From assembly GCA_963422375.2 (NCBI GenBank), contig OY729427.2, positions 928,001 through 992,000 of the forward strand: a stretch of DNA of 64,000 nucleotides. Direction: 5' to 3'. Shown piece by piece: positions 1-10,138 of this stretch. A program made the translations under genes and the position numbers. The notes under the pieces were generated by a model. That model made no database searches and was not told the origin of the DNA. It saw nothing but the letters and a program-made list of their open reading frames with translations. Numbering within the stretch: the stretch's first letter is position 1; each line of letters opens with the position of its first letter. Origin of the DNA: Bryobacterales bacterium. Lineage in GTDB: Bacteria; Acidobacteriota; Terriglobia; Bryobacterales; UBA6623.

Positions 1-463
1 CCGGGGTGATCACTGCCATGCCTGCACGCACGCCGTCACCCTGGCCCCGGTTCAAGAAGACCTCTCGCGAGGACCGGCTCGGGCCCTGGGCGATCACGCG
101 GGCCGGAAGCGTCACCGCCGCCAGTCCCTTGCGGAAGGCGTCGAGCTCCTCCTCGCTCCTGTAGCGCCGCAGTTCCTGCTGCAGGAAGTGGTTCTCCAGC
201 CGCAGGCGGGCCGCCTCGGCGCCCAGCTGCCTGTTCTCGGCCTCCGCTCCGACGAGCCAGAAGTAGCGGTGCCAAGCGCCGCCGACGAATCCGACGGTCC
301 CCTGCGCGACCTGCTGCAGGGGCAGCAGGACCGCCGCGGTCCAGTAGCGCAGCCGCGTCTCGCCCGGGCCGGAGCTAACTTGGTGGCCGATCATCAGGAT
401 CTGGCCGAAGACCAAGGCACCCAGCACGATGCCGTTGGCGCGTCGACTGATCAGCGACCACAC
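1..463 (-). CDS. mreC: Rod shape-determining protein MreC (partial, runs off window start)
   Basis: Manual translation from GTG 463: N-terminal TM segment, coiled coil (ENRQLGAEAARLRLEN), then ARVIAQGPSRSSREVFLNRGQGDGVRAGMAVITP; directly downstream of mreB. Confidence 0.9.
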   Translation of the reverse strand, partial: MWSLISRRANGIVLGALVFGQILMIGHQVSSGPGETRLRYWTAAVLLPLQQVAQGTVGFVGGAWHRYFWLVGAEAENRQLGAEAARLRLENHFLQQELRRYRSEEELDAFRKGLAAVTLPARVIAQGPSRSSREVFLNRGQGDGVRAGMAVITP

Positions 464-491
464 TGCGCTACCCCTTCGGACGCCCCCCGCG

Positions 492-1517
492 CTAGTTGAC
501 CGAGATGCGCTGGAGCAAGTTGAAGTCCTTGAGCACCTTGCCTGTCCCGAGCACGACGCACTGCAGCGGGTTCTCGGCCATCGTGACCGGGACGCCCGCC
601 TCGTCCCGGATGCGCTTGTCGAGGTTGCGCAGGTACGCGCCCCCCCCGGTGAGCACGATGCCGCGGTCGCATATGTCGCCGCTCAGCTCGGGCGGAGTGT
701 TCTCGAGCGCCTCGCGGATCGTGATCATGATCCGGTCGATCCCGTCGGAGATGGCCTCGCGCACCTCCGCATCCGAAATCGTCAGGGCGCCGGGAATGCC
801 TTGCGCCAAGTTGCGCCCCTTCACCTCCAAGGCCAGCGGGGCGTCCAGCTCGGTCGCGGACCCGAGCTGGATCTTGATCTTCTCGGCAGTGTGTTCGCCG
901 ACCAAGAAGTTGTACTTCCGCTTCAGGTGCTGCATGATCGACTCGTCCAGCGCGTTACCGCCGATGTTCACCGAGCGCGAGAACACGATGCCGGACAGGG
1001 AAATCACGGCGATGTCGGTAGTGCCGCCGCCGATGTCGACCACCATGTTCCCGGCGGGCTCGGTCACGGGCAGGCCGGCGCCGATGGCCGCCATCATCGC
1101 CTGCTCCACCAAATGCACCTCGCTCGCGCTGGCCCGCATTGCCGAGTCGACCACCGCCCTGCGCTCGACCAGCGTGATCTGGCTGGGCACGCCGATGATG
1201 ATCCGCGGATGGACCAGCATCTTGCGATTGTGCGCCTTGCTGATGAAGTAAGTCAGCATCCGCTCGGCAATCTTGAAGTCGGCGATCACCCCGTCCTTCA
1301 TGGGGCGAATCGCGGTGATCGTGCCCGGCGTGCGGCCGAGCATGCGCTTCGCATCGGAACCGATGGCCTCCACCTGGCCCGTGACGTTGTTGATCGCGAC
1401 GATCGACGGCTCGTTGATGACTACGCCATCTTCTCCGACGTAGACCAACGTATTGGCGGTGCCAAGATCAATCGCTAAGTCGTGCGAGAAGAGCGAAAGC
1501 ATGGAGCGAAACGTCAT
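492..1517 (-). CDS. mreB: Rod shape-determining protein MreB
   Basis: DLAIDLGTANT, IRPMKDGVIADF, VDIGGGTT, IVLTGGGA actin-like motifs. Confidence 0.98.
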   Translation of the reverse strand: MTFRSMLSLFSHDLAIDLGTANTLVYVGEDGVVINEPSIVAINNVTGQVEAIGSDAKRMLGRTPGTITAIRPMKDGVIADFKIAERMLTYFISKAHNRKMLVHPRIIIGVPSQITLVERRAVVDSAMRASASEVHLVEQAMMAAIGAGLPVTEPAGNMVVDIGGGTTDIAVISLSGIVFSRSVNIGGNALDESIMQHLKRKYNFLVGEHTAEKIKIQLGSATELDAPLALEVKGRNLAQGIPGALTISDAEVREAISDGIDRIMITIREALENTPPELSGDICDRGIVLTGGGAYLRNLDKRIRDEAGVPVTMAENPLQCVVLGTGKVLKDFNLLQRISVN

Positions 1518-2210
1518 TGTTCTCTATAGGCCCCGAATCTAACGGCACACGAGCCGCGACATGAAAGAGATGCAGAATGCGGCAGCGAACGCGGAGGACG
1601 CACCTCGTGCCGCGCTAGGTCGGTTCGGGCCTAGCTCGACTACAGGAGGGCGAGTGCTTGCAGACACCATAAAGCAGTCTAGCGCAGTTTTGGACCGATC
1701 TCCGCCCTAGGGCGCGAATTCGTACAAGATGGCTCGGAAATGTATTGGTCGGCCAGCAGCCGGAGCTGGCCCGCATCGCGAATGGCGGCCAGTCGCCGCA
1801 GGAGGCGGGCCGTCGCCCGGAGTCCGGTGTTCGCTGCGAATGCCGACCTACACCCGGGCTGCGCGCGGGCGGCAGTGCGGGCCGAGGCCCGAAACCCCCC
1901 ACGCAGAGTCGCGCCCGGCAAGCTCTACCTTACTCCATCTGCCCGAGCGGAGCGAGCCCTCCGGCCCGGACGGCTCGCGCTTTCAAGGGGCTTCCGCCAG
2001 CCGCGCCCGAATCCCGGCATTCGCGGGACGTCGGGCCGAGCTTGCCGAGCGACTGGGGTCACCGCCCGGGCGTCGCGAGGCGGAGGAGCGGGTCGGCCTT
2101 CGCGAGGCCCGTCGGCACAGCCGGCAGAACCGCCAAGCGCCGGCGGACCCGAGACGATCCTCGCATCCGGCGAGGCCAGGGCGTCGCTAGGGGCCTTGGT
2201 CCGGAGCCGC

Positions 2211-2239
2211 TTGAATTGGCGCCGTTCCATGCGTACACT
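2211..2239 (+). promoter_or_regulatory. Putative sigma70 promoter
   Basis: TTGAAT-N17-TACACT upstream of the AGGAGG RBS (2281) and ATG 2296. Confidence 0.55.
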
Positions 2240-2295
2240 CGGATGCTTGCGCCCGGCGCGCCGAATCGCGCGCCGCGCAGAGGAGGGTGCCAATC

Positions 2296-3441
2296 ATGGA
2301 AAAGCTGCGCGTCGCGGTCATCGGGACGGGATTCGTGGGTAGGGTGCATGTCGAGAACGTGCGCCGCCAGACGGACGCCGAGATCGTTGCGATCGCCGAC
2401 CAGACGGACGACCTAGCGCGTCGCTTCGGCGCGCAGCTCGGCATTCCCAGGACCGTCGGTAACTACCGCGAACTGCTGGACGACCCGGCGATCGACGCCG
2501 TGCATGTCTGCACGCCGAATCACACCCATTTCCCCATCGCCAAGGACGCGATCTCCGCAGGCAAGAACGTGATCTGCGAGAAGCCCCTGGCGATGACAGC
2601 CGCGGAGGCGACCTCGCTGGTCGAACTGGCAGAAGCCAAGGGCGTGATCCATGCCACCAGCTACAACCTGAGGTTCTACCCCAACGTAGCGCAAATGCGA
2701 CGCATGGTCGCGACCCGCCAGGTCGGGGATGTGCTGGCGGTGCAGGGAAGCTACGTGCAGGACTGGCTATTCTACGACACCGACTACAACTGGCGCTTGG
2801 AGCCCGGAGTCGGTGGCTCTTCGCGAGCCATGGCGGATATCGGCTCGCATTGGTGCGACTTGGTCGAGCACGTGACGGGCCGCCGCATCCGCGCGGTATG
2901 CGCCGAGCTGGCAACCTTCCATCCGGTCCGGAAGAAGCCGAAACGCCCGATCGAGACCTACGCCGGCAAGATGCTCGCGCCCGAGGACTACGAGGACCGT
3001 TCCATCTCGACCGAGGACTTCGGCGCGATCCTGCTCCGCTTCGACGGCCGCGCCAAGGGCGTGCTGTCGGTCAACCAGGTCGCTGCCGGGCGCAAGAACC
3101 GCCTGCAGGTCGAGATTTACGGCACTCGCCGGGGCCTCGCCTGGGACGGCGAGCGGCCGAACGAGCTCTGGATCGGCCGACGCGACGGCAACAACGAGCT
3201 GCTGGTGAAGGACCCGTCGCTGCTGGAGCGCGAGGCACAGTCGTTCGCCGACCTGCCCGGCGGGCATGCCGAGGGCTACGCCGACACGTTCAAGCAGTTC
3301 TTCCGCCGGTTCTACGCGGCCTGCCGCGACCGGTCGCTGGCGGGTGCGCTGCCCGGCTTCGACGCCGGCCTGCGGCAGCTGCGCCTAGTGGAGGCGACGC
3401 TCCGCAGCAACGCCGAGGGCGGCTGGGTCGAGATCGACTGA
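2296..3441 (+). CDS. Gfo/Idh/MocA family oxidoreductase
   Basis: VAVIGTGFVG Rossmann motif, CTPNHTH, ICEKP, DIGSHW; AGGAGG RBS. Confidence 0.93.
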   Translation: MEKLRVAVIGTGFVGRVHVENVRRQTDAEIVAIADQTDDLARRFGAQLGIPRTVGNYRELLDDPAIDAVHVCTPNHTHFPIAKDAISAGKNVICEKPLAMTAAEATSLVELAEAKGVIHATSYNLRFYPNVAQMRRMVATRQVGDVLAVQGSYVQDWLFYDTDYNWRLEPGVGGSSRAMADIGSHWCDLVEHVTGRRIRAVCAELATFHPVRKKPKRPIETYAGKMLAPEDYEDRSISTEDFGAILLRFDGRAKGVLSVNQVAAGRKNRLQVEIYGTRRGLAWDGERPNELWIGRRDGNNELLVKDPSLLEREAQSFADLPGGHAEGYADTFKQFFRRFYAACRDRSLAGALPGFDAGLRQLRLVEATLRSNAEGGWVEID

Positions 3442-3501
3442 AGGGGCCGCCGCTGGCAGAACCACCGGCGCCGGCGGGACGGCGGCATTACAATGAGGGC
3501 G

Positions 3502-4356
3502 ATGACGGATCTGGAGCCGCTGCAGGTCGGGCTCATGTTCTGGACCGGCGGGGATCTAGGGGTGGACGCGCCCCCGCACGAGATTGTGGAGTCCGTCAGC
3601 AGCCTGGGCGTCCGCTGCGGCCAGCTGGGCGTCCACGGGGACGCCAGCCTGGACGCCGCCAGCGCGGAGGCATGGAGGTCCGCGCTGGACCGGCGCGATT
3701 TCCGCGTCGTCACCGCCTTCACGGGGTTCCGCGGCGAGAGCTACGCGTCGATCCCGATCTGCGCCGAGACCGTGGGCTTCGTGCCCGCGGCGACCCGGCA
3801 GGAGCGCGAGGCGCGCGCCGTGGATGTGTCCGACTTTGCCGGCGCTCTGGGCATTCCGGGCCTGGCCACGCACCTGGGCTGCCTGCCGGAAGACACCGAG
3901 CATCCCGACTACGCGGCAGTAGTCGGACTCGTGCGCAGACTGTGCGAGCGCTGCGAGCGCAACGGGCAGACGTTCGCCCTCGAGACGGGCCAAGAGCCCG
4001 CGGGCGCGCTGCTCGAGTTCCTCCGCTCCGTGGACCGGCCCAACATCGGCATCAACTTCGATCCGGCCAACATGATCCTGTACGGCTCGGGCGAGCCGCT
4101 GGCGGCGCTCGAGGCCCTCAGCGACCATCTGATCACGGTTCACTGCAAGGACGGAACCTGGCCCGAGACGCACGGAGAATGGGGCCGCGAAACGCCGCTG
4201 GGCGAGGGAGACGTGGGCATGGGCAGGTACGTGGCCGCGCTCCGGGCCGCAGGGTACTCCGGGCCGCTGACGATCGAGCGCGAGATCGTGGGCGAGGAAC
4301 AGCGGGCCGACATCCGCAAGGCCATCGCGCTGCTGGAAGGCCTGCGCGCGGGCTAG
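3502..4356 (+). CDS. Sugar phosphate isomerase/epimerase (xylose isomerase-like TIM barrel)
   Basis: ALETGQE, NFDPAN, VHCKD, PLGEGDV, LTIERE motifs. Confidence 0.9.
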   Translation: MTDLEPLQVGLMFWTGGDLGVDAPPHEIVESVSSLGVRCGQLGVHGDASLDAASAEAWRSALDRRDFRVVTAFTGFRGESYASIPICAETVGFVPAATRQEREARAVDVSDFAGALGIPGLATHLGCLPEDTEHPDYAAVVGLVRRLCERCERNGQTFALETGQEPAGALLEFLRSVDRPNIGINFDPANMILYGSGEPLAALEALSDHLITVHCKDGTWPETHGEWGRETPLGEGDVGMGRYVAALRAAGYSGPLTIEREIVGEEQRADIRKAIALLEGLRAG

Positions 4357-4399
4357 CCGCGACGCGCCGGCGCGGAGCGCGGGCGGACGGAGGGCATCG

Positions 4400-5656
4400 G
4401 TGCTACACTGCCTGCCGAGCGTGCGCCGGTTCCTCGGAGTCGCCCTCTTCCTGTGTGCCCCCGGCACCTTGGGCGCGGACGCGTTGCGCCTAGCGGCGGA
4501 AGCGCTCGAGCGCGACGATTTCGCGACGGCGATTCCCCACCTCGAGCGGGCGCTCGGAGACGAGCCGGAAAACGTCAGCGCCCGCTTCAATCTCGCCTAC
4601 GCCTATCAGTCCGCGGGCGACGAGGCCGGGGCGATCCGCCAGTACGGCCTGATCGCGCGGCAGCAGCCGAACCTGCTCGCGGCGAGGCGGAACCTAGCCG
4701 CCCTACTCGTCCGGGCGGGCCGATTCGGGGAGGCCGCGGCCGAGTACGAGGCCGTCGCGGCGGCGCTCCCGGACGACCTGTCCGTCCTCGGCTTGCTGGC
4801 AGCGGCGCACCGGGGATCCGGTGACGCCGCGTCCGCCGCCGAGGCCTACCGCAGGCTGCTGGAGCAGGACGGCGGATCCCCCGACACTCTGCTGGGTCTC
4901 GCCCAGGCGCTGGAGGAAGCGGGCCGGCTGGGCGAGGCCGTTCCCTACTACCTGCGGGCGGTCGAGACCGACCCCGGGCTCGCAGGCCTGCTGCCTGGAA
5001 TCGCCATCCGGCTCGACGAAGTCGGCGCCGAGGAAGACGCCTTGGCGCTGTTGCGCAGGTACGCTCGCGACCGGCCGGACGATGCCGCGGCTCAGGAGGA
5101 GATCGGAATCCGGCTGCTGGAGGCCGACCGGGTTGCGCCTGCGGTGGACGCGCTGCAACGCGCCGTAGCCGCGAGGCCGAGTTCGGAGCGCCACGCGGCC
5201 CTCGCGGAGGCCTACCGGCGCGCCGGCGAGGCGGAGGGCGCGTTCGAGCAGCTCCGGCTCGCTGCGCGAGCGGCTCCGGGCAGCGCCGGAACGCGGGTGC
5301 GCTACGCCAGCGCGCTGCTGCAGCGCCGGGAGTACGATGCGGCGGCGCGGGAATACCTGGCGGCTTGCGAGGCGGACGCGGGCCACCGCGACGCGTGGAG
5401 CGGACTGGCGTTCGCCATGTTCCAGCTCGGGGACTTCGCGGCGTCCCTGCGGGCGATCCGAGAAGCCGAGAGGCTGGGCCCGCCGGTGCCCGCGAGCGTC
5501 TATCTGAAGGCGCTGGGCCTCGACAGGCTCGGGCTCTACGAGCCCGCCCAGGCCGCCTACCAGGAGTTCCTCTCGCTGCGGCCGGAGATGCCGGACGAGG
5601 CCTGGAAGGCGGAGCAGCGGCTGAAGGCGATCGCGAAGGTCCTGGCCAAGCGATGA
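4400..5656 (+). CDS. Secreted tetratricopeptide repeat protein
   Basis: Signal-like N-terminus; repeated TPR units (ARFNLAYAY, ARRNLAALL, AWSGLAFAMF). Confidence 0.85.
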   Translation: MLHCLPSVRRFLGVALFLCAPGTLGADALRLAAEALERDDFATAIPHLERALGDEPENVSARFNLAYAYQSAGDEAGAIRQYGLIARQQPNLLAARRNLAALLVRAGRFGEAAAEYEAVAAALPDDLSVLGLLAAAHRGSGDAASAAEAYRRLLEQDGGSPDTLLGLAQALEEAGRLGEAVPYYLRAVETDPGLAGLLPGIAIRLDEVGAEEDALALLRRYARDRPDDAAAQEEIGIRLLEADRVAPAVDALQRAVAARPSSERHAALAEAYRRAGEAEGAFEQLRLAARAAPGSAGTRVRYASALLQRREYDAAAREYLAACEADAGHRDAWSGLAFAMFQLGDFAASLRAIREAERLGPPVPASVYLKALGLDRLGLYEPAQAAYQEFLSLRPEMPDEAWKAEQRLKAIAKVLAKR

Positions 5657-6093
5657 CACGCCGCGCCCTTGCCGCCGCGCTCGCATGGGCCGTCGCTGCC
5701 CCGGCGCAGACGAGCGGACTGGACCGCATCCGGCGAAGCCCGGATCCCGAGCGGCGTTCGCGCCAAGCGCTGGAGTTCGCGCAGGTTCAGCTGGACGCGG
5801 CGATCGACGCGTATCGGGAGAATGACACCGGGGGCGGCGAGGCCGCGCTGGACCTGATCGGCGACGCCGTCGAGCTCGTGGCGGAATCCCTGCGGTCGAC
5901 GGGCAAGCACCCGAGGAGGCACCCGCGTCACTTCAAGCACGCGGAGATCCGCACGCGGCAGCTGCTCGAGCAGCTGCGGGACGCGCGCCGCGACGCGCAT
6001 CTCCAGGACCAAGGCGACTTCGACGATCCGATCGAGCGAGTCGAGAGGGCGAACGCGGAACTCCTGCTTGGCATCATGAGCCCGAGGAAGTAG
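5653..6093 (+). CDS. Hypothetical secreted helical protein
   Basis: ATG overlaps upstream stop (ATGA); MTRRALAAALAWAVAAPAQ signal peptide; coding-like codon usage. Confidence 0.75.
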   Translation: MTRRALAAALAWAVAAPAQTSGLDRIRRSPDPERRSRQALEFAQVQLDAAIDAYRENDTGGGEAALDLIGDAVELVAESLRSTGKHPRRHPRHFKHAEIRTRQLLEQLRDARRDAHLQDQGDFDDPIERVERANAELLLGIMSPRK

Positions 6094-6108
6094 AGTGAGA
6101 TCGGAGCC

Positions 6109-6765
6109 ATGACCGCCCGCGCCGTCGCCCTCGGCCTCCTGCTTTGCGCTCCGTCGCCCGCCCAGGAATTCGTTGGCGGGGGGGACTTCCTGACCGACAA
6201 CGAAGTCGACGTGCTGCGCGCGAAGCAGGGCTTCCAGGAACGAATCCAGGCATATATCAAGTTCGCGACGCTGCGCCTGGAACTGGTCGACCAGCTGCTC
6301 GCCAAGGACGAAGCCGGGCGGGGCGCGAAAGTGCATCGCACGCTGCAGGAGTACGGATCGGTCATCGAGGCGATCGACGACGTCATCGACGACGCGCTGC
6401 TCCGCAACCGCAAGACAGAGGGCGGGCTGGCCGGGCTGCTCGAGGCCGAGCGCGGCTTCCTAGCGCGGCTGGCAGGCGTTGCGGCCCGGCCCGAGGAGGA
6501 CGCGTGGCGGTTCCAGTTCGTCCTGGAGGACGCGATGGCGATCACGCAGGACAGCATCGAGCTGCTGGCCGAGGACCTAGGCGACCGCAAGCGCGCGGCG
6601 GTCCAGCAGGAAGAGGCCGAGAAGCGCCGCCTGGACGAGACCATGGCCCCGGAGCGCAGGCGCGAGGCCGAGCGGGAGCGGCAGGCCGAGGCGGCCGAGA
6701 CGAGCAAGCGGGAGCGCAAGCGGCCCTCGCTGCTCCGGCCCGGCGAGAGGGTGGGCGACAAGTAG
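6109..6765 (+). CDS. Hypothetical secreted helical protein
   Basis: GGAG RBS, signal peptide, charged coiled-coil C-terminus ending KRPSLLRPGE. Confidence 0.75.
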   Translation: MTARAVALGLLLCAPSPAQEFVGGGDFLTDNEVDVLRAKQGFQERIQAYIKFATLRLELVDQLLAKDEAGRGAKVHRTLQEYGSVIEAIDDVIDDALLRNRKTEGGLAGLLEAERGFLARLAGVAARPEEDAWRFQFVLEDAMAITQDSIELLAEDLGDRKRAAVQQEEAEKRRLDETMAPERRREAERERQAEAAETSKRERKRPSLLRPGERVGDK

Positions 6766-6768
6766 CCC

Positions 6769-9700
6769 CTACCGCACGGCGATCTTCGCGGCGTTGCTGG
6801 TCGCGCCGTGGATCTCCAGTTGGAGATCCAAGTCGCCCGGCGGCGCGTTCGGCGGGACAGTGAACCGCACCTGGCCGAGGCCCACGGCACCCGGAAGGGT
6901 GCCGCTGAACGCAACGCGGGCGGCCAGCCCGCCGACTCTCACCGTCGGAGCATGGCGGGTCGGGTTGGGCTCCGAGCCCGAGACGCCCGTCAGCGCGCGG
7001 CGGACGAGGGGGCCGAGCCCGGTCACGTGCGCCGTCACCTCTCCGCCAGGGCGGGCGGGGCGCGCGCGGTCCACCGGGGAGCCGTCCGGATGCCACAGGG
7101 CGGCGAGGCCCTGCCCGGGGACATCGCGCAGATAGATGCCCGGCGCGGCATCCGCGAGATCGATCGAGACGGGCTCGGAGGCGAACTCGAATCCGAGCCG
7201 GTCGCGAACGCGGACTTTCAGCACGGCGAAGTTCAGCCCGGCGAACTCCCACGGAACCTGCACGCGCACCTCTCGCTCGCCGACGGCCACGACCGGGGCG
7301 GCCACGCTCAGACCCTCGTCGGGGTAGTCGAAGCTCGCGCTCACCGCCTTGAGCGCGAGCGGCGCCGGGGAATGCGGCGACTCGCCCGGAAAGGCGGCCA
7401 GCCCGGCGCCGAGGACAGCGATGATGGAACCCGGAGCGACCGGGAGCCCGAATTCGCGCCCGGCATCGTTCGTGACCCCCGCGATGTGCGGCCGCGGCCG
7501 GGCCGCCTCGAACCGGAACGGGATCTCGAGGCCCCCGCCCGCGGCGACGACCTCCTGCAACCCGGGCGCGCCCCCGAATTCCACGACGGCGCTAGCCACG
7601 CCGAACTCGTCCGTCGCAACGGACCCGGACTGGATGCGCGCGGCCCCTTGGCGGACGGAGAACCGCACCGGAAGGCTCGGCACCGGGGCGCCGAACCTGT
7701 CGACGAACTTACCCGCCAGCTCCCGCACGGCGACCTCGCCCGCCAAGCCGCGCTCGAAGCCGTCGGAGAGCGCGAAGGAGTTGTGCGGCACCCCGTCCCC
7801 GACGACGTAGAGATACGGGACGCGGAGATCGCCGCCGCCGGCCTCGCGCGAAACTCTCAGATGCCCCTCGTACGATCCCGGCGCAGGGAGGCGGCCGTTC
7901 AGAGTGACTCTCAGCCTCGCGAACTGGCCGGGCTCCAGCCGGAAATCGACTTCCCTGTAGCCGTCCACCGTCACCGCCGCTCGCTCCTCGACGTCCCTCG
8001 CCTCGACAGCGACGCGATACGCGTGGGTCGCGCTGCCGCGATTCGTGACCAGCACCTCCTGCCACGCCGGAAATCGAGCGCCGTCCAAGACGCCGAACCC
8101 GACCACGGGAGGCTCGACCGTCGCGATCGGCCCCGACGCCTTGGCCAGGTCGAGCAGGCCGGCTCCGACGGAGGCCGCGCGAGCGATCTCCCCGTCTTCC
8201 ATCACGGCCCGGCTGGCGGTGTTGATCAGGGCCGACGACACCTCCCGGGCGGTGAGATCGGGCAGAGCCTCCCACACGAGCGCGGCGGCGCCCGCCACCA
8301 CGGGCGCCGCCATGCTGGTCCCGCTGGCGCCGCGGAAACCGGTCGGGCTGAACGATCCGCCTCCCCCGTTACGCCTCTCGGAGGCGGCGGTGTAGACATG
8401 GTCTCCGGGCGCCGCGATATCCGGCTTGAGGTTCAGGCCCGGCGACGGCCCCCTCGCGCTGTACGGGGCGACCCGTCTCCAGTCCTGCTGTCGGCTCGAG
8501 AGCGCGGCGTCCAAGGTGACGCTAGCGGGCCGACCGGACGGCGAACTGCGGGCCAGTGAAAGAAGCGAGGCCCCGTCCCTCGCTCCGACGAAGTAGGCCG
8601 GGATGTCGGTGTCCGCGATCAGCGCCATGACCTGCAACTCGTCCGAGGCGTAGCTGTCGTAGACGACCGCACCGACAGCCCCGGCGGCGTCGACGTGCTC
8701 GACCTTGTCGAGGAAGTCGCAGCTCCCCCGCTGAATCAGCACGATTCGGTCATCCAGCGGGCTTCCGTGGAACGGTCGGCATGCGAGCGGGTCGCCGGCG
8801 TCGGCCGCGACGGCCAGCGGAGCGGTCAGCTGGCCGTCCACCTGCGGGCCCGAGCCGCTGAGGGCCGGCGCATCCAGCGGCCCCGAGCGGACGCGCTGCA
8901 CGAACCGCTTCGAGTTGGCGGTGGCGGCGACGGCGATCACGTCCGGAGCGACCGCCGGGGAGGCAATGGTGTTCCTAGCCGGATTCGACTGCAACCCGTT
9001 CCAGCCCGCGTTCCCCGCGGCGGCGACCACCACCCGCCCGAAATCGACCACCGCGCTCTGCGCCGCCACGGCCAGCGGATCGCAGTCCAAGGAATCCGCG
9101 AAGAGGCCGCAGGCGCCGCCGTAGGCATTCCATGCCAAGCGGGCAGGAGCTCCCAAGCTCAGATTCAGGATGTCCATGCCGTCGGTGATAGCGTCGTCGA
9201 TGGCGGCGATCACCGCCGCCGACGTGGGTTCGGAGTTGACTCCCTCGGTGCCAATGACCTTGTAGACGCCGAGGTAGGCCTTGGGCGCGATGCCCTCCAA
9301 GGACCCGGCGGGCGATTCAACGCGGGCACCGGCCGCGATCATCGCGACGGCGGTGCCGTGCCCGCGGGTGTCGCGCGGCGAACGGTCGTCCGGCGTAGAC
9401 GTACGGGGATCCCCGGAGTTGCGCAGGTGCATGTACGACCGCACCGCGATGACCTTGCGACTGGCGAACCGCAGGTCGGCGGGCCTGCCCCGGGGATACC
9501 CGGGAACTGCCGGCAGGGACTCGTCCCTAAATGCCGGATGGTCGAAGTCGAGGCCCGAATCGATGATCGCTATCCTCACGCCCGCGCCGGTGCCTCGCCC
9601 GCTCGCCCGGGCAGCAGCGAGACCCACGACCTGCGCGACCCCGTCAAGCTGGAACCGGAGCCGGCGGCTTCGCGCGACGACGCGCACTCCCGGAACTTCC

Positions 9701-10065
9701 GCGACGGCCTCCGCTTGCGACTGCGCGGCGCGGATAAACACCGCGTTGAGGACGTTTCTCACGGAGCCGACCACCTCGACGCCCCTGGCCTCCAGGACTG
9801 CGATGACAGGGTCCTGGCTGCGGGCCACCGCCCGGGCCAAGGTGGCGAAGCTGGACGCTGCGACGCGCGCCGGCACGCGGCTCGCGCCCTTGGCTCGCGA
9901 CATCGAGATGCGCCGTCCCGCCGAGGGTGCTTCCAGGACAACCGTGTACAGGGACCGGTCCGCCGCCGCGTCCGCGAGCGACGCGCCGAGCAAGAGGGCG
10001 CCGATCGCGGCGACGAGAAGCCTGGGGGCGGCGTCGGGGATCGGTCGGGCCACGGGCAAGCGCAT
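6769..10065 (-). CDS. S8 subtilisin-family serine peptidase with PA domain and acidobacterial C-terminal (TIGR03437-like) domain
   Basis: Catalytic motifs IAIIDSG, GHGTAVA, SGTSMAAP; PA domain LIQRGSCDF; C-terminal VAPGSII...VQVPWE...GLGQVRFTVP. Confidence 0.92.
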   Translation of the reverse strand: MRLPVARPIPDAAPRLLVAAIGALLLGASLADAAADRSLYTVVLEAPSAGRRISMSRAKGASRVPARVAASSFATLARAVARSQDPVIAVLEARGVEVVGSVRNVLNAVFIRAAQSQAEAVAEVPGVRVVARSRRLRFQLDGVAQVVGLAAARASGRGTGAGVRIAIIDSGLDFDHPAFRDESLPAVPGYPRGRPADLRFASRKVIAVRSYMHLRNSGDPRTSTPDDRSPRDTRGHGTAVAMIAAGARVESPAGSLEGIAPKAYLGVYKVIGTEGVNSEPTSAAVIAAIDDAITDGMDILNLSLGAPARLAWNAYGGACGLFADSLDCDPLAVAAQSAVVDFGRVVVAAAGNAGWNGLQSNPARNTIASPAVAPDVIAVAATANSKRFVQRVRSGPLDAPALSGSGPQVDGQLTAPLAVAADAGDPLACRPFHGSPLDDRIVLIQRGSCDFLDKVEHVDAAGAVGAVVYDSYASDELQVMALIADTDIPAYFVGARDGASLLSLARSSPSGRPASVTLDAALSSRQQDWRRVAPYSARGPSPGLNLKPDIAAPGDHVYTAASERRNGGGGSFSPTGFRGASGTSMAAPVVAGAAALVWEALPDLTAREVSSALINTASRAVMEDGEIARAASVGAGLLDLAKASGPIATVEPPVVGFGVLDGARFPAWQEVLVTNRGSATHAYRVAVEARDVEERAAVTVDGYREVDFRLEPGQFARLRVTLNGRLPAPGSYEGHLRVSREAGGGDLRVPYLYVVGDGVPHNSFALSDGFERGLAGEVAVRELAGKFVDRFGAPVPSLPVRFSVRQGAARIQSGSVATDEFGVASAVVEFGGAPGLQEVVAAGGGLEIPFRFEAARPRPHIAGVTNDAGREFGLPVAPGSIIAVLGAGLAAFPGESPHSPAPLALKAVSASFDYPDEGLSVAAPVVAVGEREVRVQVPWEFAGLNFAVLKVRVRDRLGFEFASEPVSIDLADAAPGIYLRDVPGQGLAALWHPDGSPVDRARPARPGGEVTAHVTGLGPLVRRALTGVSGSEPNPTRHAPTVRVGGLAARVAFSGTLPGAVGLGQVRFTVPPNAPPGDLDLQLEIHGATSNAAKIAVR

Positions 10066-10138
10066 CTCGGAGTTGGACTCGCTTCGAAGCGCGCGGGTTT
10101 CGCAGGCCGGCTGACGGCGTCCGTACAATGGGACTCCG

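Noticed and set aside
290..310. Possible frameshift in mreC, since it is absent from the ORF track
   Set aside because: Manual translation is continuous; it is missing only because the stop lies outside the window.
1520..2210. Long GC-rich intergenic region between mreB and the oxidoreductase, as a possible ncRNA or small gene
   Set aside because: No RNase P, tmRNA, SRP, tRNA or riboswitch signature recognised, and the ORFs look like random GC-rich translations.
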